This document shows positions 47,396-50,231 of a DNA stretch of 50,231 nucleotides, in pieces. The stretch is taken from the NCBI GenBank assembly GCA_964643255.1, contig CAZXSM010000005.1, positions 1 to 50,231 of the forward strand, read 5' to 3'. The notes beneath the pieces were generated by a model. That model worked only from the letters and a program-made list of their open reading frames with translations. It was not told the origin of the DNA and did no database searches. The stretch is from an uncultured Lachnospiraceae bacterium (lineage in GTDB: Bacteria; Bacillota; Clostridia; Lachnospirales; Lachnospiraceae). How positions within the stretch are numbered: the stretch's first letter is position 1; each line of letters opens with the position of its first letter. The translations under genes were made by a program, and so were the position numbers.

Positions 47396-48640
47396 ATGGA
47401 CTATTTAACTGACTTAGGAGAAAAAGCTAAGAAAGCTGCAAGCCAGCTTAATACAATAAGTCAAAAAAAGAAAAACAATGGACTAAAGAAGGTAGCTGAA
47501 TTACTGTTAGAAAGACAAGATGAAATAATTGAAGCAAACTCATTAGATGTATCAAATGGTCGAGAAAATGGTATGAAAGAGTCTTTGATTGATAGATTAA
47601 CCCTAAATCAAGATAGGATTCTAGATATGTCCAAAGGTTTATTAGATGTTGCTAGTTTAGATGACCCAGTAGGTGAAATTATCTCTATGAAAGAGCGTCC
47701 AAATGGGCTAAGAATAGGTCAGAAAAGAGTCCCACTTGGAGTGATAGGTATTATATATGAATCCAGGCCTAATGTAACAGCGGATGCTTTTGGACTGTGC
47801 TTTAAAGCAGGTAATTCTGTTATACTTCGTGGTGGCAGTGATGCTATCAATTCTAATAAAGCAATTATGAGCATAATACAAGATGGCCTTGAAAGTGCTG
47901 GTTTACCAAAATATGCAGCCTTGTTAGTAGAAGATACTGATAGGGAAGTTGTTACACAAATGATGAAGATGAAAGAATATATAGATGTTCTAATACCTAG
48001 AGGTGGGGCAGGCTTAATTAAGTCAGTAATTAAGAATGCTACTATACCTGTTATAGAGACGGGTACTGGGAATTGTCATATTTATGTGGATAAGTCTGCT
48101 GATTTTGATATGGCTTTAGATATAATAGTGAATGCAAAGACACAGAGACTAGGTGTATGTAATGCATGTGAATCTTTAGTTATACATAAGGATATTGCCA
48201 AGGAGTTTATTCCTTTATTATTTAACAGATTAAGTGAACATAAGGTTGAAATTAGAGGAGATGAACTATCTAAGGAAATTGTAGATGATATTAGATTAGC
48301 AAAAGAAGAAGATTATGGTATGGAATATTTAGATAGGATTATTTCATTAAAAACAGTTGACCATATTGATAAGGCAATAGAACATATAAACCATTATAAT
48401 ACAAAGCATTCAGAATCAATTATTACAGAAAATTTTAGTAATGCAATGAAGTTTTTAGATGAAATAGATGCAGCAGCAGTATATGTAAATGCTTCAACAA
48501 GGTTTACAGACGGAAGTGAATTTGGACTTGGTGCTGAGATTGGTATAAGCACTCAGAAGCTGCACGCAAGAGGACCAATGGGGCTTGAAGCTTTAACTAC
48601 AACAAAATTTATAATAATAGGTAATGGACAAATAAGATAA
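47396..48640 (+). CDS. proA: Glutamate-5-semialdehyde dehydrogenase
   Basis: The motifs are [19 protein letters not shown], the catalytic CNACESL and [11 protein letters not shown] 47396 follows GAAAGGA, and the track start TTG 47378 is an extension. Confidence 0.94.
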   Translation: MDYLTDLGEKAKKAASQLNTISQKKKNNGLKKVAELLLERQDEIIEANSLDVSNGRENGMKESLIDRLTLNQDRILDMSKGLLDVASLDDPVGEIISMKERPNGLRIGQKRVPLGVIGIIYESRPNVTADAFGLCFKAGNSVILRGGSDAINSNKAIMSIIQDGLESAGLPKYAALLVEDTDREVVTQMMKMKEYIDVLIPRGGAGLIKSVIKNATIPVIETGTGNCHIYVDKSADFDMALDIIVNAKTQRLGVCNACESLVIHKDIAKEFIPLLFNRLSEHKVEIRGDELSKEIVDDIRLAKEEDYGMEYLDRIISLKTVDHIDKAIEHINHYNTKHSESIITENFSNAMKFLDEIDAAAVYVNASTRFTDGSEFGLGAEIGISTQKLHARGPMGLEALTTTKFIIIGNGQIR

Positions 48641-48672
48641 ACAAGACATAAGATTACATTTTCGGAGGTTTT

Positions 48673-50118
48673 ATGAAGACACAAACAGATATAGATAATA
48701 ATAAAATATTAAACGAGGCACCTGATAAAGAGCCTTATAGACAGTACTATTTTATGGCAGTACTAAGTAAACATATTAAAAAAGTATCAAGGGAAATTGG
48801 AAGACCTTTAACATATAATATACAAACATTTGGATGCCAAATGAATTCTAAAGATTCAGAAAAATTGGCAGGAATATTAGAAAAAATCGGATATCAACCA
48901 GTCTCAGGTGAAGAAGCAGATTTTGTAATTTACAATACTTGTACTGTTAGAGAAAATGCAAACTTAAAAGTATATGGTAGATTAGGTTATTTGGGTAAGT
49001 TAAAAGAAAAAAACCCTAACATGATAATTTCCATATGTGGATGTATGATGCAGGAGCCTGAAATAGTTGAAAAAATAAAAAAGAGTTATCCATTTGTAGA
49101 TATAGTGTTTGGAACCCATAATATTTATAAATTAGCAGAACTGATGTATATTCAATTAGATTCTAGAAGAATGGTTATAGATATTTGGAAAGACACGGAC
49201 AAAATAGTTGAACAATTACCTAGTGAAAGGAAGTATTCCTTTAAAGCTGGTGTAAATATTATGTATGGTTGTAACAACTTTTGTTCTTATTGTATAGTAC
49301 CTTATGTAAGGGGACGAGAAAGAAGCAGGGACCCTAAGGATATTATAAAAGAAATAAAAAGTATGGTAGCTGACGGTGTAGTAGAGATCACCCTATTAGG
49401 TCAAAATGTTAATTCCTATGGTAAAACATTAGATACTCCTATGACTTTTGGTCAACTTCTAAAAGAAGTTGATAAAATAGAAGGTTTGGAAAGAATTCGC
49501 TTTATGACATCTCATCCAAAAGATCTATCAGACGAATTAATTGAAGTTATGAAAAGTTCTTCCAAGGTATGCAATCATCTACACTTACCTCTGCAATCTG
49601 GGAGTACAAGACTTCTTAAGATTATGAACAGAAAATATACAAAAGAAGATTATTTAACTTTAGTTGATAAATTAAAAACAGCTATTCCAGATATCTCCTT
49701 AACAACAGATATAATAGTTGGATTTCCTGGAGAAACTGAGGAAGACTTCTTAGAAACAATTGATGTAGTTAAGAAGGCTAAATTTGATCATGCTTATACA
49801 TTTCAGTATTCTATAAGAACAGGAACACCTGCAGCAACTATGGAACAAGTAGCTCAAGATGTTGTAACAGATAGGTTTGATAGGCTCTTAGATGCTATCA
49901 AACAAGTATCTGGTGAGAATATCGCTAATTTAACAGGGACTAATGGCAGGATATTGGTAGAAGAAGTAAATCAAAAAGACCCGTCTCTTGTAACAGGCAG
50001 ATTAGAAAATAATATAATAGTACATTTTCCTGGCGATGATAGCCTAATTGGGAAAATTGTACCTGTTAAGTTAACTGAAAGTATGGGCTTTTATTACTTT
50101 GGACAAGCCTTAAATTAG
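48673..50118 (+). CDS. miaB: tRNA-i6A37 methylthiotransferase MiaB (radical SAM)
   Basis: It has the UPF0004 cysteines (FGCQMN, NTCTVRE, GCM), the radical SAM motif CNNFCSYCIVP and a C-terminal TRAM domain. Confidence 0.94.
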   Translation: MKTQTDIDNNKILNEAPDKEPYRQYYFMAVLSKHIKKVSREIGRPLTYNIQTFGCQMNSKDSEKLAGILEKIGYQPVSGEEADFVIYNTCTVRENANLKVYGRLGYLGKLKEKNPNMIISICGCMMQEPEIVEKIKKSYPFVDIVFGTHNIYKLAELMYIQLDSRRMVIDIWKDTDKIVEQLPSERKYSFKAGVNIMYGCNNFCSYCIVPYVRGRERSRDPKDIIKEIKSMVADGVVEITLLGQNVNSYGKTLDTPMTFGQLLKEVDKIEGLERIRFMTSHPKDLSDELIEVMKSSSKVCNHLHLPLQSGSTRLLKIMNRKYTKEDYLTLVDKLKTAIPDISLTTDIIVGFPGETEEDFLETIDVVKKAKFDHAYTFQYSIRTGTPAATMEQVAQDVVTDRFDRLLDAIKQVSGENIANLTGTNGRILVEEVNQKDPSLVTGRLENNIIVHFPGDDSLIGKIVPVKLTESMGFYYFGQALN

Positions 50119-50231
50119 AGAGAGTCACATAAAATTATTAATAACTTATATATAAAACTGTGCATTTTGTTAGAATAAACAAGCTAGTTAACTTGACATT
50201 TATCAAATTAAAGTATAAAATTTATTTGTTG

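Noticed and set aside
50193-50219. TTGACA ... TATAAA, a promoter-like pair after miaB.
   Set aside because: The spacer is only about 15 nt and the downstream gene lies outside the window.
1-50231. A defence system, prophage, integrative element, CRISPR array, or tRNA/rRNA genes.
   Set aside because: I saw no integrase, transposase, recombinase, nuclease-helicase defence pairs, spaced direct repeats or tRNA-like sequences. Gene content and synteny are those of a conserved Firmicutes core region.

Overview
This is an AT-rich segment in which every credible gene but two lies on the plus strand. It looks like core genome from a low-GC Firmicute, most consistent with an anaerobic, spore-forming member of the Clostridia. 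The supporting signs are a PolC-type replicase, the yqfC/yqfD sporulation genes, pflB-pflA and a Rex-like operator. Gene order: yceD-rpmF; a minus-strand pair (a small basic protein plus a YprB/MrfB-like exonuclease); cls; ruvAB; zapA; a long U32 enzyme; an overlapping SEDS + class B PBP pair; rpsB-tsf; purC; a CE4 deacetylase; a bactofilin; pyrH-frr; uppS-cdsA-dxr-rseP-ispG-polC; pflB-pflA-nitroreductase; mntP; alaS; rpsU (absent from the ORF track); uxuA; yqfC-yqfD-phoH-ybeY-DUF3048; a MurJ/SpoVB-like flippase; a membrane-anchored unknown protein; a HI0933/BaiN-like flavoprotein; proB-DUF896-proA; miaB. I found no rRNA, tRNA, CRISPR array, transposase, integrase or recognisable defence or mobile island, and I do not think the window holds a clear multi-gene novel system. 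The items most worth a second look are modest: two long rod-like RNA or palindromic structures (upstream of purC and at 44.7 kb), a nitroreductase that appears to initiate at ATA, a SEDS/bPBP overlap running through A7 tracts, an orphan MrfB-like exonuclease next to a small SASP-like gene, a bactofilin with an acidic tandem-repeat head, and DUF896 inserted between proB and proA. All calls come from reading the sequence and from remembered family motifs. No searches or folding programs were run.
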